From: Octopus vulgaris
Taxonomy: Eukaryota
Length of the DNA: 64,000 bases
NCBI GenBank assembly: GCA_951406725.2
Contig: OX597836.1
Span: 4,774,001-4,838,000 of the forward strand
Reading direction: 5' to 3'
Position numbers and translations under genes: made by a program. Below are positions 39,137 to 51,210 of the stretch, one piece after another (positions within the stretch are counted from its first letter, which is position 1; every line of letters starts with the position of its first letter). The notes beneath the pieces are model-generated. The model worked only from the letters and a program-made list of their open reading frames with translations, ran no database searches and was not told the DNA's origin.

Positions 39137-39188
<52 letters not shown>

Positions 39189-39589
39189 TGTGCGTATGCA
39201 TGTATTTGGGTATATGTTTGTCAGTTATACGCTGGCAAACATATTCTCCTTCCTCTTCTTCTCCTTCATCTGTTCTTTCTCTACTTCCTCTTCTCTTCCT
39301 CCTCCCCTTCCTTCTTTTTTCTTTCTTTCTTTTGAGTAGGTCCTAAATTTCAATGCCCCATTCAGTTATCAATTCCCTCTTATCTCTCTTAAAAATCTCT
39401 TAATATTAAAAAAGACATGTATTTGCCATCATCATGGTTGCATGTACGAACACGTATATCACCAAAGTCTGATGATTAAATTCATTCATTCCTACTTCAC
39501 CAGGTCACGAAATGGTATTATTTCATCTTCCTAACAACGTGCTGTAATCCTATCCTATGTACAGCACCACGCATTTTCCGTTGTTTGGT

Positions 39590-40331
39590 GTAAAGAAATA
39601 TCTAGCTGTAGGTCTGCCATGTAAACGGACAACGAGTCAGGAAAGCATTTAACCAAACTACTGAGCCAGACATCTTGCCATAAGCTGATGTTACAATGCA
39701 TAACACAAAGAGGTGCACAAATTACAGGAAAGCGCAACCTTTGGAGCATCATATTTTCGGCACATCTTGTGCAGATGTTGAGCTCCGAGCTGTTCTGATG
39801 CGAGATTCGGTGATTGGGTGAGGTATAAACTCGGAGCTCTTGATAAATGTCGAACACTTCAGAACAATCGTGGTTTGGGTCCATATTTACTTTTCGTCCA
39901 ATATATATTTTGATGCAAATATTTATTTATTTGCTATATTGCGATTCATATATTGTATGTAGGGCTTTGTTGATACAGAGAGAAAGACGATAATATTGGT
40001 ATTGTAAGTCAAAAGGCCTACATTGTACATATGTGATATGGGTTTTGCTTTACGATTTTCCACCTAGAGTTGGTAAAAATATAAAGATAGGATGACAGCA
40101 TCCAGGGGTTGAAGCAGCAAGAATACCACCAAAAGGGATGCTTGTATTTAAGTTGTTCGTAATGTTTTTAATACTCCGGCCAGATCCAAACCCGGCTTAT
40201 TTTTAGAGGGCCGCACCATAAAAAGTAATATTAAAAAATAGTTATATTTTAAGAGAGAAAACTGACGGTGGCCACCGGAAGGATCCTTGTGGTATGCATT
40301 CGGCTGTGGGCACTGCAGTTGGGAACCGCTG
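39590..40331 (+). mobile_element. Degraded hAT (Charlie/Buster, ZBED5/SCAND3-like) transposon relic with 3' TIR
   Basis: Frameshifted peptides QCITQRGAQ (compare HCIIHREAL), KAQPLEHHIFGTSC (compare KARPLNSRIFSALC) and CEIR*LG (compare EVRWLSRG). End GTTGGGAACCGCTG followed by TTCTAGAT, a Charlie-type target 8-mer. Confidence 0.5.
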
Positions 40332-41489
40332 TTCTAGATCGTTGCTAATCATAGATTGGTGGACAAGGCTAAGATAGAGAAAGACAGCTTGTTCTCCAAT
40401 GACAAAAGCTGTAATCAAAGGTCTTCTTTCCCTATTTCAATTAGAGATACTAATCTATAGTTATGCGCCAATGATTAAGGGAATATAAAGAACGAACACA
40501 GTTGGCAAGCTGCCAGAAAAGGTTGAAAAATAGAAAAATGTTAAAGAAAATCTCAATTTAAACGGATGTTAAGAATGTTTGAAAGGCGTCCATAGAAGTT
40601 ATAAAGGTTGCAGCACTTCAAACGACAAATGATTAATTAGTAGCTGGTTCTTTGCAAGAATCTTCCATCAATTCACGAACAATTAGAAAAACGTCAAAGG
40701 TAAAAAAAAAAATTGAGGGATTGGATCCGATTATTTAGAGTATTCAAGAAATAAACGGTTGCTGAAAATAGTTTTTCACTTCTTTGAAATTTTATACCTT
40801 AATTACACATAAGACCTGCGCGTGTTTTTTTAAACCTATATCTTACCTGAGCTCCTCTCGCACCTTTCTGTCGGTACTAATCATTTATAGCAGTTGGGTG
40901 CAGGGCAAATTCGAGTAGATCTATATGGAGATATGAGGTGTCGAATCCAAACTCAGATATCTGATTTGCTTTTTGACTTTTATCGCTTAGTTCCGTATGT
41001 CTTTTTTTTTCTACATATATATTTATTGTCATACAAATATCTTTTATTTATTCTTTACGTATTTATTTATAGAATATTTGTAAATTCTTTGTCTGTCACA
41101 TAAACAATAAACAATAAGTCTCATTGTATTGCATAGAGTTCTAACCATTGCTATGAAATGTATTTATGGATGGGCCATTGTAGAAAAGATTCTAACTGGT
41201 AATGTGGTAATGTGGTCAGATTAAAGTGAACTCTCACATAATATAAAGTAGTGGTTGAAGATACGCGTGGGGATATTTGAGGGATGATTCAGAGTGTTGA
41301 CAATAGCAGAGTGAATTGTCTATTGTTGAAGATTTTTCAAGTCGGAAATTATTTTTAACTCTAAAAAGTCCATGATGTGTCAGCTCTAGAGAGGATCATT
41401 ACCGGTTCGGAATGGACTTTCAAAGTATGGCAGTCAAAGAGCCGCAAGAAGTTTAACCAGTCTCAGATCAACTGTGAAAAGAAAACAGG

Positions 41490-41800
41490 AATGCATTCGT
41501 TTGTGTGTGTACAATATCGATTAGTGCGTTTACACCGAACATCGAAATGAATCCAGACAACAGCTGAGTCGGAATGAAAATCACTGCATACGTTTGGCAA
41601 ATACCGGTAGTATTCGCGAAAGAAATCGTTTCGGCCACCGCTGAGGGATTTGACGATAATCTTCTCAGGACAAGTACCCTAACCATTCTTTTATACTTGA
41701 AGAAGACTGTGAGAATGGAAAGAGGTTAGGTTCTAGCGTCAAATGCACTTAATGAAAAAATCGGATCTGGTGACAGACTTGGTGCGGTTAAGTAAGCTCA
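41490..41800 (+). pseudogene. Possible LINE apurinic-endonuclease N-terminal relic
   Basis: RLCVYNI ... IRLANT resembles the APE motifs (LRIGTWNV ... IGLSET); multiple stops. Confidence 0.3.
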
Positions 41801-42134
41801 CATTACGAATGCAGTTATAAAGAACAGCAAACTCTCGCACTACGGATATGTATGTATATAAAGGTAACCCATGCATGAGTGACGGGTGCGCACATTCACT
41901 GAATGTGCTTTCTCTCTATATTTTAAGGGTTCCTTCTTGCTATATTCTCTTTCTATACTAACATAATGATCTCTTTACATATTTATATTCATTATTGATG
42001 CTCATATTTTCTGTTTACTCGGTGTAAACTCCTCAATGTTCCCTAGTCGTTTCCCCAGTATTTTGCCGTTGTACACGTACAACATGGCTTTTTTTCCGTT
42101 TTAGCAAATAAAAGAAAGCATTGCAAATGCTGAT

Positions 42135-43065
42135 ATGGCTGCAGGGTTTAAGAAGTTAGCTTTGCAACAACGTGGCTTCAAATTCATTCTCATTGCGTAA
42201 TGTTTTGGACAAGTGTCTACTATCAAAACCCTGTACTTTGACTGAATTTGGTAGACGGAAAATTGGTGGAAGCCAGTAATATATATTTATCTATCTATCA
42301 TTCTGTCTGTCTGTTTATACATACATACAAACATACAGACATACATACACACATATGTACACTTTCGTCAGAAAATAATTAGCACTTCTCAAATTTCTAC
42401 ATTAAATAGGTTAAATCAATTAACCTTATGAGCTGTTCAAAACGTCTTACGCAATGAGAAAACTTAGTATGGTGTGATTTCGGTCCTTGCGAGGCGCTAC
42501 CTATATCTATTAAACAAAGGAAGATTTGTCTGCATCCGCACTCCAAGTTGTTGCACTGATATGTCAACATCATAAGGCTGTAGACTCTCAAACTGCTCTG
42601 CAAACAAAGTTACGTCATCGTTCTGCGCAACAGTGAACTCGCAACAAAGCAATAGTTCGAGATATGGCCACTAGGTGACAGCACATACCTTGAGTGAAGA
42701 GCAAATCAAGGGTGCTAATTAATTTCTGACGGTAGTGTATATATGTATACATATACATACATACATATGTACATACATACATACATACATACATACATAC
42801 ATACATACATACATACATACATACATACATACATACGTACATACGTGTGTATGTATATGTGAGTGTGTGTGTATGCTTCATTACTGCTTGACAGCCTGTA
42901 TAGGTTTGATTGTGATTACGTAACTTAGTAATTTGACAGGTAATCGATAGAATAAAAATGAAGATTAAATGATAAATTCTGGGATCGATTTCTTCGACTA
43001 AAATTTTCAATCTGCGCCCCAGGATGGCCAGATTTATATGACCGAAACAAGAAGACAAAGAAGAA
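42135..43065 (+). mobile_element. SINE family C head (42135-42280) and tail (42880-43065) separated by other sequence
   Basis: GGACAAGTGTCTACTA / TTTGGTAGACGGAAA head-body motifs and GATCGATTTCTTCGACTAAA...GACCGAAACAAG tail. Confidence 0.55.
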
Positions 43066-43229
43066 AAATTATAAATTGTTTGCATAACACATGTGGTGAC
43101 TCTAAGAACTGACAGTCGAGTCTCCACAGGGACCTTAAAAACCGACATGAATTTTGTGAGTACATATGTTGAGCTCATGAAAGCAGATTTGGAAGGAGAA
43201 AGGTTTGAGTTTCGCGGTCTATACACCAT

Positions 43230-43450
43230 GAGGTCCAGCCCTTGTTGCAGTGTGGTGTCTTGTGTCCCAGAACGATATTGTGATCTATGTCACCCGAAGT
43301 AATGTCCTAGTTGGATCTTCTTTGTCGGACACGTCAAAGGACAGAGAGAAGACTAAATTAAACTACCTGTTCACGATGTAAAAATTGGTTTGCGTAGGGC
43401 CAATACCCCTACCTAGAAAAACAACCCCGAAGTTACAGACGTACCTAAGG
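43230..43450 (+). mobile_element. RTE-clade LINE 5' UTR relic
   Basis: CCCTTGTTGCAGTGTGG...GGACACGTCAAAGG...GACTAA and GGTTTGCGTAGGGCCAATACCCCTACCTAGAAAAAC...GTTACAGA resemble the conserved RTE 5' UTR as I recall it. Confidence 0.5.
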
Positions 43451-43724
43451 CAATTCAAAACCAACAATGCTCTCTCCGTTTCAGTGTTACCGAGACTAAA
43501 GCTCCGATGAGAACCGAAATATCATGATGTTGTTAGATTGTATTGATCACATTCATCGATCTTCAGGTCACTCTAGCTATTTATGTTTTCAATTTCTTTC
43601 ATCACTCTACTTTGTTCTCTTGGAATGGTAACATCAATAATCCGACATTCATGTCTAATTTCGTTGAAAACTACAAAAATCAGGTCCGTTGTGTTGCAAC
43701 CCCAGTCTATGTTAGATCTCAGTC

Positions 43725-44080
43725 ACTCCGCCTCTCTCTCCTTCTCTCTTCCTTTGTCTCTCATTGTCTTTCTCTCTCCCTATCTTTCCCTCCCTCTCTT
43801 TCTCTGTCTGTCTCTGTCTGTCCTCTACATTCTCTCCTCCTTCTCTGTGTCTTTCTCTCTCACTTTGTATGTCTGTCTATCCACACGTCTCTCTTTCTCT
43901 TCCTTTGTCTCTCATTGTCTTTCTCTCTCTCTCTCCCGGTCTTTGTCTGTCTCTGTCTCTCTTTCACATTCTCTCACTCTTGCACTTTTTCCTTCTTTCT
44001 CTATGTCTTTCTCTCTCATTCTGTATCTCTGTCTATCCACATCTCTTTCTCTCTCTCTCTCTTTCTGTGTCTCTCTGTCA
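43725..44080. repeat. Degenerate (CT)n/(CTGT)n pyrimidine tract with internal duplication
   Basis: GTCTTTCTCTCTCA..GTCTATCCACA occurs twice (about 43849 and about 44006). Confidence 0.8.
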
Positions 44081-44414
44081 GCAGGAACTCTTTCTGAAAC
44101 ATGCTTCGGATTACTTTTCTGACACCAGAAAGACATCCTTTATTTCATATCGTAACCCATGAATTTTCAGACCAACTTTTTTGCGTTTTCTTTTCAACTC
44201 TTTCACGGTTAGTATTTTGCTCCCGCTCACTCTCACTGACAGATTCCGCTTTACGTCTGAAAGGTTACATCATATGAACACCATGATGACACAAACACAT
44301 TCACGAGTCACCTCTGTCTAGTTTGCCCGATTGGTTTGGTGAAAACCTTTGTAAAATTACGTCACTAACACGCAATCTAATCTACCTTTAGTATTTGAAT
44401 ATTATATTTTACCA

Positions 44415-44679
44415 GTGGAGGCGCGTGGCTTAGTGGTTAGGGTGTCAGCATCATGATCGTAAGATTGTGGCTTCGATTCCTGGACCGGGAGACGCATTCT
44501 GTTCTTGAGCAAAACACTTCATTTCACGTTGATCCAGTCCACTCAGCTGGCAAAATGAGTTACGCTGCGATGGACTTGTGTCCCGTCCAGCCGGAGAACA
44601 TATACACCATTGAAACCAGAAAACCGGGCCCATGAGCCTATTACGCCCTTTTCAAAGGGCGTATTTATTATTTTTATTT
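44415..44679 (+). mobile_element. tRNA-derived SINE, family B, with 15-bp TSD
   Basis: A-box TGGCTTAGTGG, B-box-like TTCGATTCCT, CORE-like TTGAGCAAAACACTTCATTTC, tail CTGCGATGGACTTGTGTCCCGTCCAG; TSD TATTATATTTTACCA at 44400-44414 and 44680-44694. Confidence 0.9.
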
Positions 44680-45262
44680 TATTATATTTTACCAACGCTT
44701 TTGTCACTTATGTGCAACAATCGAATTCCTTGCCCAAAGACTAAATAAGTTTCCGTGACATTTTCCTTCCATTCAAGTTGTAGGACTCCTCGATAATTTT
44801 AACCATTCTAACATTAACGTTACTTTTCATAATTTCGGGTAGATGAAATGGGGTACGTCCTAAGTACTGGTGTCTACTGGTGTCAATGCCATCGCCTGAC
44901 TCCTGTTATCAAAACGCCTATCTTGTGCCTGTATCAGAAACAACAACGACTTAGCGGCATTTCATCGATTTCTTTTTTTATCTTCTTTCAGCGCTAAAGT
45001 TAACCTCGCATTTCGTTCTTTCAGGGCCATAGAATAAGAATCACTTGAGCACAGGAGTCAATGTGTGCGATTTAGCAGCATTTCTCCCATCGTTACGTTC
45101 TGAGTTCAATTTTCACCTAATTTCACTTTACTTTCATTTATTTGCTATCGATAAAGTAAATACCAATTTGGCACTGGGATTGATGTAAACGATTTCCACT
45201 CGCTACAAAAATTGTGTCCTTCTGCCAAAATTAGAAAGAATTGTGACTATAGCAGAAAGAAT

Positions 45263-45642
45263 TATTACCTACGCGTTTGTGAAAGCGGTGGTATTGTTTT
45301 CAGTCGTGTTTGTTTGTTCGTTTGTTTGACCGTGGACAAGATATCTCAAGGACCGTTCGATGGATTCGGATGAAACACTCAGGGATGTTTGTCCTAGTGA
45401 CTGGCACGAATTGATTAGATTTGGGGATCAAACCAGTACCGGACAAGGATTTTAGATTATTTTTCCTGCTTTTTATTTTAACTTTTGAGAGCGGGCCTGG
45501 TTCATTTTTAGTATTCTCGTTTGTGAGAGCAGTCGAGTATATTTCAGATATTGTCATTTTAAAAACCATCTCCAGCTAATCGTTTAGAGGACGTTTGTGT
45601 TGCCTTGACGAAAGTTTGCACTTTCTGAGTGCTCTTGCTATT
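45263..45642 (+). mobile_element. Non-autonomous Helentron-type element (HINE/DINE-1-like)
   Basis: Starts TATTACCTACGC...GCGGTGGT (5' subterminal palindrome), GTTT microsatellite, GATGGATTCGGATGAAAC core, 3' hairpin GCACT-TTCTG-AGTGC (45618-45632), ends CTATT. Confidence 0.7.
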
Positions 45643-45774
45643 ATCTGATTTCTTTCTTTTTTTTTTTTTTCAATCTGATTTCTTTATATGTCTTGCTATT
45701 ATCATCATCATCATCACCACATTATCATCATCATCATTATCATCATCAACATCATCATTGTTATTATTATCTCT

Positions 45775-45956
45775 TTATCACAAGTTTTGCTCCCGGAGTT
45801 TTGCATGTGTAGCGTGCTTCCTACCTTCAACCTACGGTACCATGCTACTAGTTCTTTTCAGTTATCTAAAACTTGATTATTCTGGCCGTGCCAAGGAGGC
45901 AAACCTTTTATAACAGTTCAACTGGGACTCTGTTCCAATTTCATTTATATTCCTCG

Positions 45957-45957
<1 letters not shown>
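45775..45957 (-). mobile_element. R4/Dong-type RLE retrotransposon 3' fragment
   Basis: PVELL*KVCLLGTARII; 3' UTR matches 54420-54490. Confidence 0.7.
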
Positions 45958-46030
<73 letters not shown>

Positions 46031-46034
<4 letters not shown>

Positions 46035-46635
46035 TTCAACATTTGATAGTTTCAGACAGATTTCCGCTGCATCACCTGCTACACCTCCGTGTTGCTGGGG
46101 TGTGTACAGTATTGTGTGTGTGTGTGTGTTTTTCGTTGTTGTTGATGTCGTGTGCCAACTCTTCTCGATATTGTATTGCTTTAGTTTCTTTGCTTTTTTT
46201 TTTTGACGTGTGGTGCAGTCTTTTGTTGTAATAGTGTTTGTATTGTGCGTTGTGTGTGTAATGCGTTGGATATCTAGCCTGCTGGTGGCAGTTTATTTTA
46301 CTGGATATTTGCTGCAGGGAGTGTGTCTTATGGTTGTGGATTGTTTTGTTTCGGTGGTATTATTGAATTGATAGTATCTTGCACAGAATGTGGGCTATTC
46401 CACAGGGCTATTCTGGGGATAACGTGTAGTATTGAGGATCCGGGTATTGCTTCTACGCTTTTGTTTATATGATCCTATCATGCCCATTGCTCCAGTTATT
46501 ATAGTTATTGTTTTCACCTTCAGGCCCCACATCTTGAATACTTCAATTTCAATGTCTTTGCACTTTGACAATTTCTCCACTTCATTTTGGGCAATATTAT
46601 GGTCAGAAGGGACTGCCACGTCAATCAGAAAGTAG
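46031..46635 (-). mobile_element. R4/Dong-type RLE retrotransposon 3' fragment
   Basis: FLIDVAVPSDHNIAQNEVEKLSKCKDIEIEVFKMWGLK..ITGAMG ... HILCKILSIQ*, then a long A/C-rich putative 3' UTR. Confidence 0.8.
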
Positions 46636-46689
46636 GCGTTGTTGTTGCTGTCGACGTCGTCGTCGTCGTTGTTGTTGTTATTTTGGTTT

Positions 46690-47290
46690 GGTTCAAGTTC
46701 GGTCTTATTCCTGGTAGGATTTATGTGGGTTTCCTCAAGTTTTCAGCAGTCTTTCAGGTGCTTAGAACCAACCCGATAATCTTCGCTGTCCCTAAGAGAC
46801 AAAATTTGTAGGAGCTCCACCGGGCGTTCTTTCTCAATCTTCTTCAAACATCTGATTCTATCTTTGCTTATTGTTTCCAACGCACCAATCATTATAGGCA
46901 CCACCCTGACTGTTCGCATGCTCCAAATTCTTCCTATTTCAAACTTTAAGGGGATGTATTATGCGCTGTTATTGGTCTCCTTCCTCTTTCGTTAAGACCT
47001 TTGAATCAAACGGTCATGATTGCTCGATAAATAAGCAACTGTCTGATCAATTACTTTCTAACCTCTAGTCCGTTTCAGTAGGAAAGTCCCACAACATCCT
47101 TCATTTCTCCGACTCCAGTGCTCTTTCGACTCAGTGATTGTTCCATGTGTTTCCTGCTTCAAATCCCCATTTCTGGCACAGTTTCCAGAATATTACTTTT
47201 ACAACATAGTCGTGCCTTAATTTCTTACATTCTTTCTGTGCCAATTTGGGGCATTCTTCCACAATGTGTGCCACTGTCTCGTTCCAAGTT
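46690..47290 (-). mobile_element. R4/Dong-type fragment with CCHC knuckle remnant, RHD motif and RLE
   Basis: ETVAHIVEECPKLAQKECKKLRHD...MLWDFP...PLKFEIGRIWSMRTVRVVPIMIGAL...CLLGTAKII, with stops and frameshifts. Confidence 0.8.
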
Positions 47291-47399
47291 CAGTGGATCT
47301 CCAAAATTGGCCATGGAAAGGTTTCTCTTCGGTGTGTCTGACGTGCATTCATTTTTGTCCTTTTCTCCTATCACGCGCTTCATAAACTTTTCTTTATTA

Positions 47400-47594
47400 A
47401 CTGTCTAACAATTGATTGGTAAGGGATTTGCCAACATCTGCACTATTAGCTCTATTTGGGAATTTGCAATTGAGAGGGTTTTCTTGCCATTTATCAGTAG
47501 GAATATCTAAGATAACAGTCTTAGCACGGGTTTTCATACGCTTAGCTTTTTCTGTACTTGTTTCTGGTATGCCTAATTTTGGAATTTGTTGTAT
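47400..47594 (-). mobile_element. R4/Dong-type internal ORF fragment (between RT and CCHC)
   Basis: IQQIPKLGIPETSTEKAKRMKTRAK...DKWQENPLNCKFPNRANSADVGKSLTNQ; homologous to 57575-57700. Confidence 0.6.
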
Positions 47595-47609
47595 TTATTA
47601 TTATTAATA

Positions 47610-48156
47610 TTATTCAGTAGTATATTTTTTATATCGTGCTTTCACTTCACTACCGAGCGCAGCTCTGTGTGCCTTGGGTATGTGCTCTGGTTTGTTGTGA
47701 TGCTCTGATGGTTATTGTATGGAAAGTGTTCTGCGTAGGATGTGTGCAGTGCCTAGTAGTGCAATTTTCTGTATGTTATATGTGTTTGTAAGTCCTGGTG
47801 TTTTTGTTATGTATTTGTCTGAATATTTTTTTATCATGCCTAATGCGACTATTATGATAGGAACTGTTTCTGCTTTTAGATTCCACATTCTGATTACCTC
47901 TATTTCCAGGTCTTTGTATTTTGAAAGTTTCTCCATTTCTTTTAGAGAAACGTTGTCATCTGCTGGTATTGATACATCAATTAGAAAGCATTTTTTTTCT
48001 TCATGATCTCTGACAACTATATCTGGTCTGTTGGCCTTAATTTCTCTATCTGTGTGTATTGGCATATCCCAGAGTATGGTTGCTTTCTCGTTTTCTGTGT
48101 CCTTTTCTGGTGTGTGCCTATACCATCTTTTTTCTGTTGTTATTCCATAATGTTGG

Positions 48157-48158
<2 letters not shown>
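47610..48158 (-). mobile_element. R4/Dong-type RLE retrotransposon, 5'-truncated, 148-aa open RLE domain plus 3' UTR
   Basis: Open frame 48158-47712: CQHYG...WYRHTPE...ILWDMPIHTDREIKANRPDIVV...CFLIDVSIP...EKLSKYKDL...LQ-like IQKIALLGTAHILRRTL (PD..D..K nuclease motif). (TAA)n on both sides. Confidence 0.9.
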
Positions 48159-48228
<70 letters not shown>

Positions 48229-49699
48229 GCACAGTGTGATAATTACGTGATGTTCTGTCTTCAGAAAAAAACTATTTTGGACCGATTATTCTCTGTGAAT
48301 TACCTAACATTATTTATAGATGCTTGTAACAGTGCTTTCTTGAACGTGCCTATTTCTCTCATTACAGGTAACACGTTAGCATAATTAAAGAAACAGTGGC
48401 TGATCATTCCCACTGTATCAATAACAAATAACCATTACAAATAAAAGAGATACATTACTTAATTGCTTTGTTTCTGCTGATCCTTAGATTTTCTGCTCTC
48501 TTTTATACAACAATAATATTATCTGCTAATGCTGGGTCAATCATTATAAATCACTGCTGTAATTGTCATGAGAGACGATTTCAGGATTATTACGCGTTAT
48601 CAGGTTTATTACACGATGTCAGGTTTATCACACGTTATTCTGATGTCTCTCAGACAGAAATATTTGCTTGGCATTTTTAGGATACTAAAGGTAGTTGGAG
48701 ATTCACATATACCATATGTAACGAGTAGATTGACCTTACTCGGAGGTTTTCAAACAGCATTTGACTGGTACTTTCTTCGTCGACCCCAAAAGGGTGTAAA
48801 CTAAAGTTGACCCCTGTCGGATGTTGTATTTAGTGTATGCTTGTTTATTCTTTAGTTATGATAGTCGTTGAATTGGGGCATTTTTGGTTCAGAGCCTTGG
48901 AGAGTTAGGCAAAAAAAATTTTTTAATCAAAGTCGGGTGTTTATTTTAAGTTTGATATTCATTCAATGAGTTTCTTTTGCTGCTTAGGGCATCAAGTTAC
49001 ATGGACGTAAACGAACCAAGACAGGGTATGCAACGGTGAGGAGACAAAAGCAAAGGCATTTAGCAGTTTTTCGACATTCTAATGACTGTGCTACCTGCTA
49101 TAGTTAATATAATTAGGGCGGCGTGTTGGATGAATCATGAGCACGTTGGATAAACTGCTCAGTGGCATTTCGTCCGTCTTTACGTTCTTTTATCCTTTCA
49201 GAATCGGTAAAATAAGCACCAGTTGAACACCGTAGTCCTGTGTAATCGACAGACCCTTCACCACGATCACCACCAAAAATAAAAAAATAAATAAAACGTG
49301 TTTTGCGAAAAACCTTCAAAGGTATTTCGTCCGTATTTAGGTTCTGTGCTCAAATTCTACCACAACCGACTTTGCCTTTCGGCTTTCCTAGTCGATAAAA
49401 TAAGTACCAGTGGAATACGGAGGTTGACGTAATCGACTTATGATTGCCCTTCTTGAAAATATTAGTCGTGGGCTAAAATTCAACATTATTACTAACGTAA
49501 TTGTCATTATATTTCAATAGCTTTATTGTCTGCGGATGCCAAAATGTCAATTACGAGGCACTAACTTTTCCACTTGTCCTTGACATTAATATCTGCTCGA
49601 CTATTGTTTAAAATTTGAACTGAGAATAGTTAGAATATGTTAGTATTATTTTTTATGGTTAAATCTTTATCCGGTTTCACAGTATTCAAAAAGTTCAAA

Positions 49700-49890
49700 G
49701 GAGCGGCTGTGTGGTAAATAGCTTGCTTACCAACCACTTGGTTCCGGGTTCAGTCCCACTGCGTGCCACCTTGGGCAAGTGTCTTCTACTATAGCCTCGG
49801 GCCGACCCAAACCTTGTGAGTGGATTAGGTAGATGGAAACTGAAAGAAGCCCGTCGTATATATGTATGTGTGTGTGTGTGTATATATGTG
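49700..49890 (+). mobile_element. SINE family C 5' half
   Basis: GGAGCGGCTGTGTGGTAAATAGC...GGTTCCGGGTTCAGTCCCACTGCG. Confidence 0.85.
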
Positions 49891-49910
49891 AAAACAATTT
49901 GGTCAGTGAA

Positions 49911-50003
49911 GAATAAACACTCACAATACCCGGTCTGAGAATTGAAACCGCGGTCCTACGACGCGAGTCTGCCGCCCTAACCACTGTGCCATTGCACGTC
50001 CAC
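49911..50003 (-). mobile_element. SINE family A head fragment
   Basis: Reverse complement of the 35299-35390 head. Confidence 0.75.
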
Positions 50004-50302
50004 GTACATTAACGTCTAATTGTGAATAGTTATTACTTTTCTTCTTCCATTTCGCTCTGTTTAAAGAATTAATCTAATACATTTATAATACTCTTTTCGC
50101 AATTTTCACTTCCTTTGCGTGTCTTGGATTGCGTCTAAGCTTATTGATTCCTGACTGTTTCCATTTCTATATTTGGTTCGCTTATTTTCTCTTTAATTAT
50201 TTATCTACCATGACTTTACGTTTTTTCATTAATTAATTAATATCCATATCTTTAAGCTTGCCCTAACGCAGTTTTTTTTAAACTCTGAATTGCATATAAG
50301 CT

Positions 50303-50680
50303 TATCATCATCATCATCATCATCATCATTATCATTACCACGATAGATGACTGCCACCACCACCACCACCACCTCCTCCATCATAGGTATCGTTGTTGGC
50401 GGCGTCATCATCTTCATCATCCTCCTCATCATCATTGTCATCATCATCGTCATCATCATCGCCGTCATCATCGTTGTCACCATTGCCGTCGTCGTCGTCG
50501 TCGTCATCGTCTTCATCGTCATTACCATGAAAGATGACTGCCACCACCACCACCATCATCGTCAATGTCATCATCGCTATCGTCATTGGCGTCGTCGTCG
50601 TCATCATCATCATCATCACCACCACCACCACCACCACTACCACCACCATCATCATCATCACCATCATCACCATCATGCCT

Positions 50681-50720
<40 letters not shown>

Positions 50721-50730
50721 CCATTGTCGT
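50303..50730. repeat. (CAT)n/(CAC)n/(CGT)n trinucleotide block
   Basis: Seen directly; CATTACCA..AGATGACTGCCACCACCACCACCA is duplicated (about 50333 and 50520). Confidence 0.9.
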
Positions 50731-50907
50731 CCTATACACTCATTGAGTCTTGATAAACATTGAGCGACAGAGAAACATCCGGCAGCTGGGATTTGAGCTG
50801 GAAAACGAGTTGGATAGCAAGCACGAAGGACAGAGACGTGGCAGCTGCTGTTGTGACCCGGAAGGGCGAGATATATAATATAGAGCGAAGGAGTTTTAAT
50901 TCGACTT

Positions 50908-51210
50908 TCAGTGGTTAGAGCGTCGAACTTACAATCATGAGGTAGTGAGTTCGATTCCCAGACCGGGCTGCGCTTTGTGTTCTTGCGCAAGACACTTTAT
51001 TTCACGTTGCTTCACTTCACTGATCTGTAGAAATGATGGCGATGTCGTTGGTGCCCCTTTGTTTTGGCCCCTTTGCCTTTCCCTTTGGATAACACCGGTG
51101 TCGTGAAGAGGAGAGGCTGGTGTGCATAGGTGATTGTTGGTCTTCGATAAGCAACTTGTGCCTTGCAGAAGATCTTTCTAGGTGCAATCCCATCGTCATT
51201 TATGACTGAG
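50908..51210 (+). mobile_element. tRNA-derived SINE, family E
   Basis: CAGTGGTTAGAGCG...GAGTTCGATTCCC head; tail matches 36470-36620. Confidence 0.8.

Noticed and set aside
43500-43530. CCGATGAG-AAC-CGAAATATC mini-hammerhead-like string
   Set aside because: Core mismatch, 1-bp stem II and no helix I; compatible with chance.
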